Origin: the human T2T-CHM13v2.0 reference genome, Homo sapiens
Assembly: GCF_009914755.1 (NCBI RefSeq)
Contig: NC_060928.1
Strand: one strand, 5' to 3'
Length of the DNA: 64,000 bases
Part shown: piece after piece, positions 34,913-47,449 of the stretch
Layout: each line of letters starts with the position of its first letter
Numbering within the stretch: position 1 is the first letter of the stretch
Program-made: the position numbers and the translations under genes
The notes under the pieces: generated by a model
The model's database searches: none
Told to the model about the DNA's origin: nothing
What the model saw: only the letters and a program-made list of their open reading frames with translations

Positions 34913-35082
34913 GGCTAATGATCGTGGCTCACTCCTGTAATCCCGACATTTTGGGAGGCCAAGGTGGGAGAATTATTTGAGGCCAGGAGTTCAAGACCTG
35001 CTTGGATAACATAGCAAGATCTTGTCTCTACAATTGTTTCTTAAAATACAATAAAATAAAAATACATAATAAATAAATAAAA
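34913..35082 (+). mobile_element. FLAM/AluJ-type left monomer
   Basis: Single arm, ggccaggagttcaagacc...aacatagcaaga, (TAAA)n tail. Confidence 0.85.
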
Positions 35083-35217
35083 GATGGTCTGTTGCAGTTC
35101 TTGTGTATTTTTCACTGTGTTTAGTGAAATACCGTATACCTCTATTAACACCGTGGGACCCATAAAAAGTGCCACTAGAGATTTTAGAAGTGCTCTCTAA
35201 AAGCAGAAAACAAAGTC

Positions 35218-36700
35218 ATGACTTTACAAGACTAAGTTGAATTGCTTCATATGTACTGTAAATTGAGGTCTGCCTCTGTGGTTTCCGGCCATTTAAGGTA
35301 AATAAATCCAGCATAAGGACCGTTGCAAGGATTTTAAAAAAAAAAAATCATGAAGCTGTTGCTGCAGTTACCCCAACAAGGGCAAAAACCTTGCACATTT
35401 GTGAAATACCTTTTTATCTTGTATTAGCAATGTAACTTTTATCTGGGTGAAGGATTGCCATAAGAGCGGCATACTTATAGACTCTAATATGATTCAAGAA
35501 GAAACAGTCATTATATGACAACATAAAGAATAAAGAAAGGGAAGATTCTAAAACTGAAGGATTTAATGCCAGCAATTTAATTTACTGTTCTATTCTAAAA
35601 AAAAAAAAAAAGAAGAAAGAAATCCACAAAGGACATTTATTAGTAAGCAAGAGAAGAGAGCACCAGGATTGAGGGCAGGAAGGGATAGGTTAACTCTACT
35701 GTTTTATGGAAATGCAGTTGAGTTTATGATAAAGACTTATTTTATCCATAAAGCTGCTAATCCCCTAGCCTTAAAGGGAAAATATTATACCAGTCTTTTG
35801 CCAGCCTTTTGATTGTGCAACTTGAAGGCCTGGACAACAAGAATGCTTTTTTTTAATAGGTGGGTTCCATCAGTGTTTTGTCCCTGGAATCAGGAAGTAT
35901 CTTTCCAGTACGAGACTGCCTTTTAAGGTTTTTCTGATATTGTGCAATGCTCCTGGCCGCCCAGAACTTCTTGTGTTTAACACTGAAATCTCATCTCCAA
36001 TTGTAATCCCCAAAATTTGGTAGTCTGCTTACCTCCAAATAGAACATCTCTAATCCATCCTTTAGATCAGTGGGTCATAAGGACCTTTAAGGCTCGTTAT
36101 ACATGATGCTCTATGGAAAGGATTGTGAGCTCTGTGAAAGAGACCTCTGACAGAAGAAACATCATGAGTCAAGAAGGATTACACCATTGACTACACCATC
36201 CTTGTTATGGAAAAAGCTCTGAAAGCCATCAAGCCCCAAACAATAAATTTCTGCTGGATCAAAGTGTGTCCAGGTGTTATGAATGACTTCACAGGAGTTA
36301 TCACAGAGCCAAACAAGGAAATCATGAAAGAGATGGTGGATATGGCAAAAGGCTGGGGGCAAAGGTTTTAAACATATGGATCTTAGGGCAATTCAAGTGC
36401 TAATGGACATCACACCAGAGAAATTAACAGAAAAGGACATGATGGAAATGAATGTTTTTGAACTAGTACCAGACAATGAGGAAGAAGACGTAGAAGAAGC
36501 AGTGCCAGAAAACAAATTGATATTAGACAATCTGGCTGAAGGGTTTTAATAATTCAAAACTGCTTTTAACTTCTTTTTGACTTGGACCCTTCTATTATAC
36601 AGGCACTGAAGCTAAAGCAAATGGTGGAAGAAGGATTGGTACCATATGGAGACATTTTTGGAGAAATGAAGAAGCAAAAGGGCCAGAAAGAAATTACAAT
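35218..36700 (+). pseudogene. Tigger2 pogo-like transposase remnant
   Basis: LILCNAPGRP (from LILDNAPGHP) and LPPNRTSLIHPLDQWVIRTFKARY; internal deletion, stops and frameshifts. Confidence 0.82.
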
Positions 36701-37482
36701 GATTTCTGTAAAGTTACCCTACGTGTGTCTCTCATTCTACCTCCTCAACCTCTTGTGCCACTGCCACCCCTGAGACAGCAAGAACAACCCCTACTCCTCC
36801 TCCTCTTCCTCCTCCTCAGCCTACTCAACCCATAAAGGATAAAAACCTTTATGATATCCACTTCCACTTAATGAATAGCAAATGTATGTTCTCTTCTTAT
36901 GATTTTCTTAATAACTTTCTTTTCTCTAGCTTACTTTATGGTAAGAATACAGTATATAATACATATAACATACAAAATTTGTGTTAATTGTGTATGTTAT
37001 TAGTAAGGCTTCTGGTCAATAGTAGGCTAATAGTAGTAGTTAAGTTTCAGGGGAATCAAACTTATATGCAAATGCTCAGAAGATCAGTGCCTCTAACCCC
37101 CATGTTGTTCAAGGGTCAACTGTACATAGAAAGAATATAACCTTGGTGCCTTCACTAAGAATCTCTCCTGGGACAGAGCTTATTATCTAAAGTTTCTTAG
37201 CCTATCCCCTCCCAGTCAAAAGAGTTCATGGAAAAAAAAGGTTAAGTAGAAAGTTGCAAGCAATTGTTTTTCTCCTGGAGCATAAGAGCAAACGGAAGTA
37301 CATAACTGTATACAAGAAATCTGTAACAAATATTGCATCATTAAGCCCTCTTGTCCAGTCCTTTATTTCTCCTAAGCCAGCTAACACTATATTTTATGTA
37401 AGAAAATAAAATAATAAAAGAAAGAAAACACTGTGACAGAACTCTCAAAATCCTCTACCCCTATTTTTACATATAGACACTA

Positions 37483-37521
37483 CACACACGCACACACACA
37501 CACACATACACACGTGTACAC
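37483..37521. repeat. Interrupted (CA)n microsatellite
   Basis: Direct inspection. Confidence 0.85.
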
Positions 37522-37737
37522 AGAGACAGGGAGACATTCACTCATGCCCACATTATTGGCATTGTAGTCTCTTCCTAAAAGCTCATGAATATACCTAAAA
37601 TCTGTAGAATCTAAAGTAAAAACTGTCACATTTCAATAACCATTGAGGATTTTAACTAGATAGCAGTATAATAATGTTAAATAAATTTTGTGATTTGTCA
37701 ATATAAATGTAAAAAATGTTAATACATGCTGATTTTA

Positions 37738-38103
<366 letters not shown>

Positions 38104-38188
38104 CTAATTTTCCTTTTCTTTTCAAAATAAGGACAACAATTCACTGGAAAGCTATGAGTGTGATACTGATGAACCATGCAATCTTGCC

Positions 38189-38356
38189 TTCAGATACAAA
38201 GAACGAATTACAAGCAAGCATATAAATTATTCTTTTGCTTATGGCAAAAAAATCTTGATATTAAAATACCAGTTCAGATAGGAAGAATAAACTACAGGCA
38301 AGTCCATAAGTTATTCTTTTGCTCATGGCAAAAAAATCTTGATATTAAAATACCAA
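38189..38356. repeat. Tandem duplication, 2 x 84 bp
   Basis: ttcagata...ttattcttttgct(t/c)atggcaaaaaaatcttgatattaaaatacca present twice. Confidence 0.93.
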
Positions 38357-38384
38357 GTGAATTACTAATAATTATTAAAAGTGG

Positions 38385-38600
38385 GTAGTAATCATTAACA
38401 TTTATTGAGAGCTTTTTATATGCCAAGCAGTGTGCATTTGACTATGTTCTCGTTTTTACTCACAACACTACAAGGTAGGCACTGTGATTCCTCTTTTATA
38501 GATGCACTAGAGGCTAGGCCTTTGCCTCTCCCACACAGATTATAACAAAGCCAAGATTCAAACCCAGAGGGTCTAACTCCAGAGCGCTCAGTATTGCCTC
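38385..38600 (-). mobile_element. MIR
   Basis: aacatttattgagagctttttatatgccaagca...cacaacactacaaggtagg...caagattcaaacccag. Confidence 0.8.
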
Positions 38601-38849
38601 TCAATGGCAATGAATCCTTATATAAAACAGACTATATTTTAGAAAATGTGAGTATATACAGGGGTAAAGTTTAGAGAGTTTAAGAAAATGTATTCTGACA
38701 GTCAAAGTCAATGTTACTTTTGCATGTCAGAAAAAATAGTTTGATATCAGCAGTTAATTGGCATGGACACTGGGTTCACAGACATGGATTTAAAATGGTC
38801 CTGCCATTTTCTAACTATGTGTGGAGGAAGAGAGATATGGATACTGAAG

Positions 38850-39305
38850 GGCAAATGGTAACCAAGTTTGTTAAACAGTTCAGCAAACACATTCATTCTT
38901 CCTAGCACAGAGTAAGGCTGCATTTCCCAGCATCCATAGAGATTGACTTTGACCATGTGAAAATGCCTATACAACAGAATATGAACAGAAGAGAGGTGTG
39001 CCATGTCTGTGGTTAAGATGTTTAAAGAGTTAGTTAAAAAGTAGTTATGCCTTCTCCACTGTCTTTAACGCATTCCTCCAACTTGCTATAGTAAGCATAG
39101 AAACCTTAGAAGCCACAGTGTAAAGATAGCTGAAGCATAAAACAGAATAAGCCTGACACAATCACTATCTGGAAGAGAGATGCCTGTAATTCAGCTGCAC
39201 TTGTTACAAAGTTACTTCTTATATAAGCAAGAAATAACCATTATTATGTTTAAGTCATTATACATATTTTGTTTGTTTGCTACAGCGGGTAACAGTATCC
39301 CAGCT
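38850..39305 (+). mobile_element. MLT1-type MaLR LTR (old)
   Basis: ctgcatttcccagc...gaccatgtga...agcaagaaataaccattattatgtttaagtca...tttgtttgctacagc. Confidence 0.65.
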
Positions 39306-39359
39306 CACCATACCTTATTTACAAAGTCTTTTTGTAGCCCTGTTAAACAGTAAAGTTTG

Positions 39360-39550
39360 ATAGAAAGCAAGGATTTTGATAGAGAGCAATGATTTTGTAG
39401 CTGATCTGCTGAGGTTTAAATCCTAGCTCCAGCACTTATTCACTGTTTGTGATCTCAGATGACTCAGATAAATTCACAGGGCCTAAAGTTATTTTTTTAA
39501 AACAGGGATTATAGTAGCATATGCCTAGAAAAATTGTATAAAAATTAAGT
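39360..39550 (+). mobile_element. MIR
   Basis: ggtttaaatcctagctccagcacttattcactgtttgtgatctcag. Confidence 0.7.
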
Positions 39551-40031
39551 GAGAGGTTCCAGTTCAAGATGGCTGGCTAGAGGTAGCTCGTGCAGGCCAT
39601 CTCATGAAGAGGAACCAACATAACAAGTCACTATAACACTTGCAGCAAATCATCTAAGAGAGCACACTGGGAGTCACCAGAGAAGTGACAGGACCCGTGG
39701 AAAGCAGAGAAGAGAGAAGCCAGGTAGCCATCAAACTTGGACCTGTGTGAAGCTGGGAGAGGCTTCCTAATGCAGGGAAAGGGTGAATGAGGGAGAGATT
39801 TCTGGAGATCCACACCTCCATCATGGACCTTTACAATCCTAGACATAGGAAAGCCCCCTTGGCCCCCGCCCCCTGGGCCTCCAGAGAGACAGCCTCCACC
39901 TACAGACTGTGCAGAAGCACCACTCAAACCTACATGGAATCCCAAGGCTTCTGATCCCTGAGCAGTCCCGTACCAGCTACCACCACCTCACAAAGGAAGG
40001 AAGCCAGGCACTTTCATGTGTCCCCAGGATA

Positions 40032-40119
40032 TTAGGTTGGTGCAAAAGCAATTGCAGTTTTTGTCATTAAAAGTCATGGCAAACACCACAAATACTTTTA
40101 TTCTTTTGCACCAACCTAA
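40032..40119. mobile_element. MADE1 inside L1 5'UTR
   Basis: TA-ttaggttggtgcaaaag...cttttgcaccaacctaa-TA with TA target duplication. Confidence 0.93.
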
Positions 40120-43100
40120 TAGAGCCTGCAGCTGTGGTACAGGGAAGTGGCCAGACTACACACCACACAACTCCCCATCTTGGTTGCTCCCCATTAAATG
40201 GACATTGCCCCCAGCACACCTGTCCCATCCCTGTCTAAAAACTGCAGTCATGGCTCAACATGCTTCTGAAAACTCAACTCCCAGAGGTCACAGACTGACC
40301 CTTTATAGTCACCACGACTGCTGCCTCTGCCGCTGCAATCCCTAGGCCAAGGAGAGAATGGGAAGGCTAGGAATTGTCATGTGCCTCAGCATAAATACTG
40401 CAGCTGAGATATGGAGGAGTAGTGGGCAGATTGTGTGCCCCACAATGCCCCAATTCAACTGCCCCTTGACAGATGGGGTTGCCAGCTTCAGCCCTTCAGC
40501 ACACACACTCTGCCCCTGCCTGAACACTGTGGTCACAGCTCAGTGTGCCTCTGAAAGTCTAACTTCCAGAGGTTGCAGACGGACCCTTTGCAGTGGCCAC
40601 TGCTGCTGCTGCTTGCCTCTTCCTTGCACCAGGCCACAGAGGAAGTGGAGAAGCCTTACACTTCTGTGTGTCTCCAACAGCAAAACCCAGCGCTGCTTCT
40701 GTGGGAGGAAACTGTGAGTGTACTAGGTACCTCACAGCTGCCAGGTTCCATTGCCTCAGCTGAGAGGACCAGCCCTCCCCAGTGAAAGGTCCACAGCACA
40801 GCTTTTTCTGGGAGCCCAACTGCCACAGGTCTGTGATCTGCCCTTGGGTCCTGACTGCCTGAGCATTCTGCCTACCTACACCTAAGAGTTCTGTCAGTGA
40901 CTCAGAGACCAGCCGAACCCACCCCATCACAGCCAGCACCTAAACTCTGGTCTGGCCTGACCCCAGTGCAGCCCCTTCAGAACTGACACACGATACCCAG
41001 CAGGCCATCTAAGGGCCTGGGAACTTGGGAAGTACCTAGCCTAGTATGACACTCCTGGCACTGGACCACTTCCCCGAGGGTTTGAGATCAGGCTGAGCCA
41101 ACCCAACTAGCCAAGATCACCACAACTGATACCCACCTTCACAGGCTGAGAGACAGAACAGCATTATGAACCAGCAGCATTGCCACATTAGAGAAGAGGT
41201 GAACCTTAAAGCTGTCTCTATTTGGTTGAATAAAGAGATTTCATCTCAAAACCATTCCCATGGAGAGTCACAAGACAGACATTTTCTGTGGCTCTCAGAC
41301 GCACCGTGGCCTGAAAATAGACAACAATGTGCATCTGAATGAGTCACAACCTCTGGTACAGGAGTGTGACAGGCAAACAGATTACATTCCTGCCTATGTA
41401 GGACATGGAGCCGCTGTAGCTTCCTCACCCTCCACAGAGACCTCAGAGCATTTCACCAGGAGCTCTCCCAGCCACCTCCATCACAGGTGCCAGCACTTGT
41501 CATTAAGGTATTCATGGGCAAGCCAGGGGGACCAGCTGTGATCAGCTGTGTTCCCCCAACCACTGATGAACAGGAAGCTCAGGCAACTAGGCACGCCACT
41601 GTCCAGCCAATCACCTGAAACAACAGAGAGAACTTCACCGTACAAAAAGATCAAGTATATATCCATCTGCTTGTGCCGCAGCTGGCTCATAACTGTAAGT
41701 ACCATCTACTATTCTGCAGGTCAAACTAAACCCAGCCTGATATAAAACCTGCTGACAAAGTCCGCAGGGCTATATAAATAAAGCCAAAGACCCTATGTAC
41801 TCTATAGTCACACCCCTTTGGGAATGGAGGGAGGCAAAATAAAAAATAGGGAAAAAGAAAGAATCCCATTTAAATGAAAATAATTTCAAAAATAAGAAGT
41901 GGTAGCCTCTCCAGATGAGAAATAATTAGCATAAGAATTCTGGCACCATGAAAAATGTGAATATTGTGACACCATCAAAGGATCACACTAGCTCTCTATC
42001 AATGGACCATAAGCAAAATGGAAGCCCAGAAACAACATAAAGAATTCAAAGTATGGATTGAAAAGAAGCTCAAGGAGAGCCAAGAAAAGGTTGAACACCA
42101 ACACGAATAAACTACAAAAGCAATCCAGGAAATGAAGAAAAAGATAAATATCTTTTTTAAAAAAAAGCAAGCAGAATTTCCAGAAATAAAAATACACTCA
42201 AGTAATTTCAAAATACAGTTGAAAGCTTTAACAATAGACTGCATCAAGTAGAAGAAAGAATTTCAGAGCTTGAAGACCATTCTTTTGAACTAAGTCAGAC
42301 AAAAAAAATAAATAAATAAAATAGAATTTTAAAAAACAAAACCTTCCAGAAATATGTGATTACAAAAAGTGACAAAGCCTATTACTTATTGGCATTCATG
42401 ATAGAGAAGAAGAAAAAGTAAACAACCTGGAAATCATATTTAAGGGAATAATTCTCAAAAATTTTCCTAATCCTACTGAAGAAGTAGACGTCCAGATACA
42501 AGAAATTCAGAGAACACTTGTGAGATAGCATGCAAGATAAGCATCACCAAGGCATATACTAATCAGACTATCCAAGGTCAACACTAAAAAAAAAATCTTA
42601 AAGGCAGCTAGATAAAAGGGTCATATTATCTACTTAAAAATTGTTCAGACTAACAGCAGACTTCTCAGCAGAAATTCTATAAGCCAGAATCAACTGGGAG
42701 CATATATTTACCATCTTTAAAGAATAAAAGAATGCCAGTCAAAAATTTTATGTCCTGCTAAACTAAACTTCATAAAGAGGGAGAAATAAAGCCTTTCCAA
42801 GACACCAAATGCTAAGAAAATTTGTCACCACTAGACTGACCCTACAAGAAATGTTCAAAGGAGTTCTAAACATGGAAACAAATGAGTGAAACCCATCAAT
42901 ATAAATGACAGATAAGTATAAAACTCACAGATCCTATAAAGCAATTACAAAATCAAAACTCCAAAATGACTGGCTAACAATACATGACAAACCACGACAG
43001 GAACAAAACCTCATGTAAAAATATTAAGCTTGATGCAGAAAAAGAATTCAATAAAACCCAACATTACTTTATGATTAAAAAAAAAACACCTCAACAATCT

Positions 43101-43526
43101 AGGTGCAGATGGAACATGTCTCAAAATAACAACAGTCATATATGACTAACCCACAGTCAACCTCAGACTGAATAGGGAAAAGTTAAAGGCATTTACCCCA
43201 GTAACTGAAACAAGAAAAAAATGTCCTTTCTCATCGTTCCATTTAAACACATTGCTGGAAATCTTAGCCAAAGCAATCAGGCAGGAGAAAGAAATAAAAG
43301 ACATCCAAATTGGAAAAAAGGGAGTTAAATGATGTTTGCTGATGACATGATCATATACCTAGAAAACCTTAAAGATTCCTCCAGAAGAAACCTAGACTCG
43401 ATAAGTGACCTCACTAAAGCCTCAGGATACAAAATTAACCTACAAAAATCAGTAGCATTTCTATACACCAATAATATTCAAGATGAGAACCAAATTAATA
43501 ACTCAATCTCATTTACAATAGCCTCA

Positions 43527-43551
43527 TACACACACACACACACACACACAC
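43527..43551. repeat. (CA)n microsatellite
   Basis: Direct inspection. Confidence 0.9.
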
Positions 43552-44888
43552 AAAATACCTAGGAATATATTTAACCAAGGAAGCAAAAGATATGTGCAAG
43601 AAGAACTATAAAACATTGATGGAAGAAATAGTAGACAACACAAAAAAATAAAAAACATTCCAGGCTTATGAATTGGAAGAATCAATATTGTTAAAAATGA
43701 CCATATTATCCAAAGCAATCTACAGATTCAATGTAATTCCTATCCAATTACCAATGTCATTTTTTGCAGAATTAGAAAAAAACAATTCTTAAGTTTTTGT
43801 GGAACCAAAAATAAAGCCCAAATAGCCAAAGCACTACTTAGCAAAAAGAATAAATCCAGAAATATCACATTACCTGACCTCAAATTAAACTACAAGGCTA
43901 TAGTAACTAAAACAGTACGCTACTGATACAAAAATAGACACATGTATCAATGGAACAAAATAAAGAACCTAGAAATGAAGCCACATCCCTACAACCAACT
44001 GATCTTCAATAAAGTCAATAAAAATAAACAATGGAGAAAGAATACCCTATTCAATAAATGGTGCTGGGAAAACTGTCTTGCTATATGCAGAAGAATGAAA
44101 CTAGAACTCTATCTCTCACCATATACAAAAATTAACTCAAGATAGATTAAATACCTAAACTTAAGACCTGAAACTAAAAACATACTAGAAGAAAACCTAG
44201 AAAAAAATATTCTAGACATTGGCTTAGGCAAAAAATTTATTACAAAGACCCCAAAAAATGCAACAAAACAAAAACAGACAAATGGGACTTAATTAAACTA
44301 AAAACCTTCTGGAAAACAAAAGAAATGATCAAGGGAATAAACAGACAACCTACAGAATGGGATCAGATATTTGCAAATTAGGCCTCCAACCAAGGGCTAA
44401 TATCAAGAATCTATAAGGAATTCAAATAACTTAACAAGAAAAAACAAACAACTCTATTAAAAACTGGGCAATGGGCATGTACAGACATTTCTAAAAAGAA
44501 GAAATAAAAATGGGCAACAAACACATAAAAATATGTTCAATATCACTAATCATTAGAAAAATAAAAATTAAAAGCACATTGAGGTATAATCTTATGCCCA
44601 TCATAATGGCTATTATTAAAACATCAAAAAACAACAAATGTTGACACGGATGTGGAGAAAAGGGAACACTTATATATTGTTGGAGTGGATGTTAATTAGT
44701 TCAACCTCTATGGAAAAAAATGTGGATATATCTCAAAGAACAAAATATAAAACTGTCATTCAAGCCAGCAAACCCACTACTGGATCTCTACCCAAAAGAA
44801 AAGGATTCATTGCATTAAAAAGATAACTGCACTCATATGTTTATTGCCAGACTAGTCCACCAATGGTTGACTGGATAAAGAAACTGTG

Positions 44889-45067
44889 ATATATAATATA
44901 TATATGTGATCTTTTATATATATATGTATATATACATATATATTATATACATATTGTATACATATATTATATATATACATATATATGTGTATATATATCA
45001 TATATATGTGTATATATATGATATATATACACACACACACACATACATACATACATACGTACATACA
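44889..45067. repeat. Compound (TA)n/(CA)n/(CATA)n repeat within L1
   Basis: Direct inspection. Confidence 0.92.
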
Positions 45068-45106
45068 CCATGGAATACTATTCCACCATAAAAAAGAATG
45101 AAATCA

Positions 45107-45409
45107 GCCAGGCACACTGGCTCATGCCTGTAATCCCAGCACTGTAATCCCAGCACTGTAATCCAGGGAGGCTGAGGCAGGTGGATCACGAGGTCAGGAG
45201 TTTGAGACCAGCTGACCAATATGGTGAAATCCTGTCTCTACTAAAAATACAAAAATTAGCAGGGCGTGGTGGCGCACGCCTGTAATCCCAGCTACTCAGG
45301 AGGCTGAGGCAGAAGAATCACTTGAACCTGGGGGACAGAGGTTGCAGTGAGCCAAGATCCCTGGGTGACAGAGTCTGACTCCATCTCAAAAAAAAAAAAA
45401 AAAAAAAAA
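45107..45409 (+). mobile_element. AluS (Sg/Sc-like) with internal 14-bp triplication and right-arm deletion
   Basis: (tgtaatcccagcac)x2+tgtaatcc; gccaagatc joined to cctgggtgac; TSD aatgaaatca. Confidence 0.93.
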
Positions 45410-46502
45410 TGAAATCATGTTCTTTGCAGCAAAATGGATGGAGCTAGAAACATTATTCTAAGTGAACTAACTCAGAAGCAGAAAATCCAATACAACATGT
45501 TTTCACTTGTAAGTGGAAACTAAATGATGGGTAAATATGGACATAAAGATGGAAATAACAGACTCTGGGGACTACAAAAGAAGGGAAGGTGGAGGGAGGT
45601 GAGGGTTAGACAATTACCAATTGTGTATAATGTTCAATATTTTAGTGATAGGTACACTAGAAGCCCCACCATTACACATTTAATTCCTATGTAACAAACA
45701 CATGTACTGCCTCAAACTAAAATAATTTTTTGAAAAAAACGAAGTCAATATTATAAATCTCATGGAAAAATGCCTGCCTCAGAGAAAGCAAAAAATTAGT
45801 CACAATCTACATGATTAAAAGATTACTTATAATGATAAATAGCTTTTCAAAAAGCATCAATTTAATCAAGCCACTTTTTCATTTTATGGTCTCCTTCTTT
45901 AATCTAGTTATATAAGGTTTAGCTTGTCCACATTAATAATGTTTCTAAACAAAAACAAAACAACCCCTGAGTTTTTTTATATATATCAAAAATGATGGAC
46001 TGAATGCTTAGTACCCTTCACTCCCTCTCAACATCTACAGAAACTCCTAAAAGTGGATTTTTAAAAGAAATTATAAATGCACAATAACAAATTGAATAGA
46101 AAATAAGACAGATTTTGATATAACTTTGATGGCTGGAAAGCAGATAGGGGCAGTGACTAACTTGTAAGACAACAGTGTTGAAAGCTGCAAAGCAACCCAT
46201 TAGTACCATGGAACTCTGAAGAAGATTAGCATCTCTGAAGTAGAACAACTAAAAATAAGAGAACTGATTAAGACTTCAGAAGCTTTTAGACCCCCAGGTA
46301 GTCTTCTTACTTTATGTATCTGAAGAAATTCCTCCATTCCATGCAGAGAAATAAGGCTGAATAGTTATTTTCTAAAACAGTTTTAATAGGGGATCTCAAC
46401 ACTGGCAATTATTAGACATAGCTGAGCAAGAACCCAGTACTGAAGACAAAAGGATTAAATGAAAGATTACCAAGGAAATGTAGACAGTTCCAACTTTATT
46501 AT

Positions 46503-46969
46503 CGTTAGGGAAAAAAAAAATAATTCCTCTTCTTTGTTAAATTCTGCATGTGGTGGCAAGTGAATTAAACTGACAAAAGACTAATAAGAGGGGAAAAGGT
46601 TCATTCATATGCATATGGAAGTCCACAAAAAAAGTAGCGAGCTCAGGAAATAGAGGCTTATAGGCTTTTCTGAAAATAACAAATAGATTTATTTAGGAAA
46701 GATATATAGGTTTTTATGACAGCAAATAAAGACAAGAAGTTTTTTATTATATTTATTTATATGACTGCAGTGGTTTCTCTGTCTTCATGATGGCTGTAAC
46801 ATTCTCCTGGAGAGGGCATTTATAGCGCTTGATTTCTCAGAAGCTGCTGTTTTTCATCAGATAAGGGAAGTTCCAAGTAGATTTTATTATGCATCTGTTG
46901 AATCTCAAATTTATCTTCAGCTAAAAGTAATTTTCATACCAACTCTGAAGTTCTGAGCTGGTCCCCATA
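46503..46969 (-). mobile_element. ERV1 solo LTR (MER34/LTR48-group)
   Basis: aattaaactgacaaaagactaataagagg end motif shared with the other MER34-type LTRs; other end ...ctggtccccata. Confidence 0.6.
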
Positions 46970-47057
46970 TTATCACACTAGATACCAAGAATTCTGGCCA
47001 CCAAGTTTGTACCACCCTCCACAGTGAGTTAGAAATGAACATTTGACCACATCAAGA

Positions 47058-47361
47058 TGAGACAGCCACGTAAAAAGGGCTTCCTGGAGAATCCCCAACT
47101 GGCCTGCCCACTGGGAGTACAGGGTGGAGCCGCAGGAAGTTTGCAGCCATTTGCAGCGGGGAGGAGTCTGGCCTCTCCTGCTCAGGGTTGGTAACCTAGG
47201 ATGCCATTTGTGGATGGGGTCCTGTTAACAGTAACCCCTCTCGCTTTGCTATGTTGTTTTTCCTTTTCACCCAATAAATTCCGTCACCCCTCACCCTTCC
47301 AAGTAGCTGCGTGCCTAATCTTTCCTTGTCATGTGACAAGAACCCGGATTTTCCTACAACA
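47058..47361 (+). mobile_element. MER61-type ERV1 solo LTR
   Basis: tgagacagcc...ggtggagccgcaggaagtt...tttgcagcggggaggag...cctacaaca; 4-bp TSD aaga. Confidence 0.85.
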
Positions 47362-47449
47362 AAGATAACCCCTCACCCTTCAAAGTGTCTGCGTGCCTAA
47401 TCTTTCCTGGTCATGTGATAAGAACCTGGATTTTCCTACAACAAAGATA
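47287..47449. repeat. Tandem duplication (~81 bp) of MER61 3' end plus TSD
   Basis: acccctcacccttc...ttttcctacaacaaagata present twice. Confidence 0.92.

Larger units (their letters stand above)
34374..37122 (+). mobile_element. Tigger2 DNA transposon, near full length
   Basis: TIRs tgacccttgaacaaca / tgttgttcaagggtcaactg+TA; internal transposase remnants. Confidence 0.92.
39551..45739 (+). mobile_element. L1PB-type LINE-1 with 5'UTR, ORF1, internally deleted ORF2 and 3'UTR
   Basis: 5' caagatggctggctagagg; ORF1 remnants ~41917-42890; ORF2 FADD motif (ORF 43329) and C-terminal WCWENC (ORF 43942); L1PB-like 3' end gtgataggtacactagaagccc. Confidence 0.9.

Noticed and set aside
39631-41745. GC-richer ORF cluster or possible promoter island
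   Set aside because: Lies within the L1 5'UTR; CpG-depleted; no homology to known proteins that I can see
43329-44145. Reverse transcriptase coding sequence
   Set aside because: Fragments of a dead L1 ORF2 with stops, frameshifts and no endonuclease
47058-47361. p53 response element in the MER61 LTR
   Set aside because: Some MER61 subfamilies carry p53 sites, but I see no pair of RRRCWWGYYY half-sites in this copy
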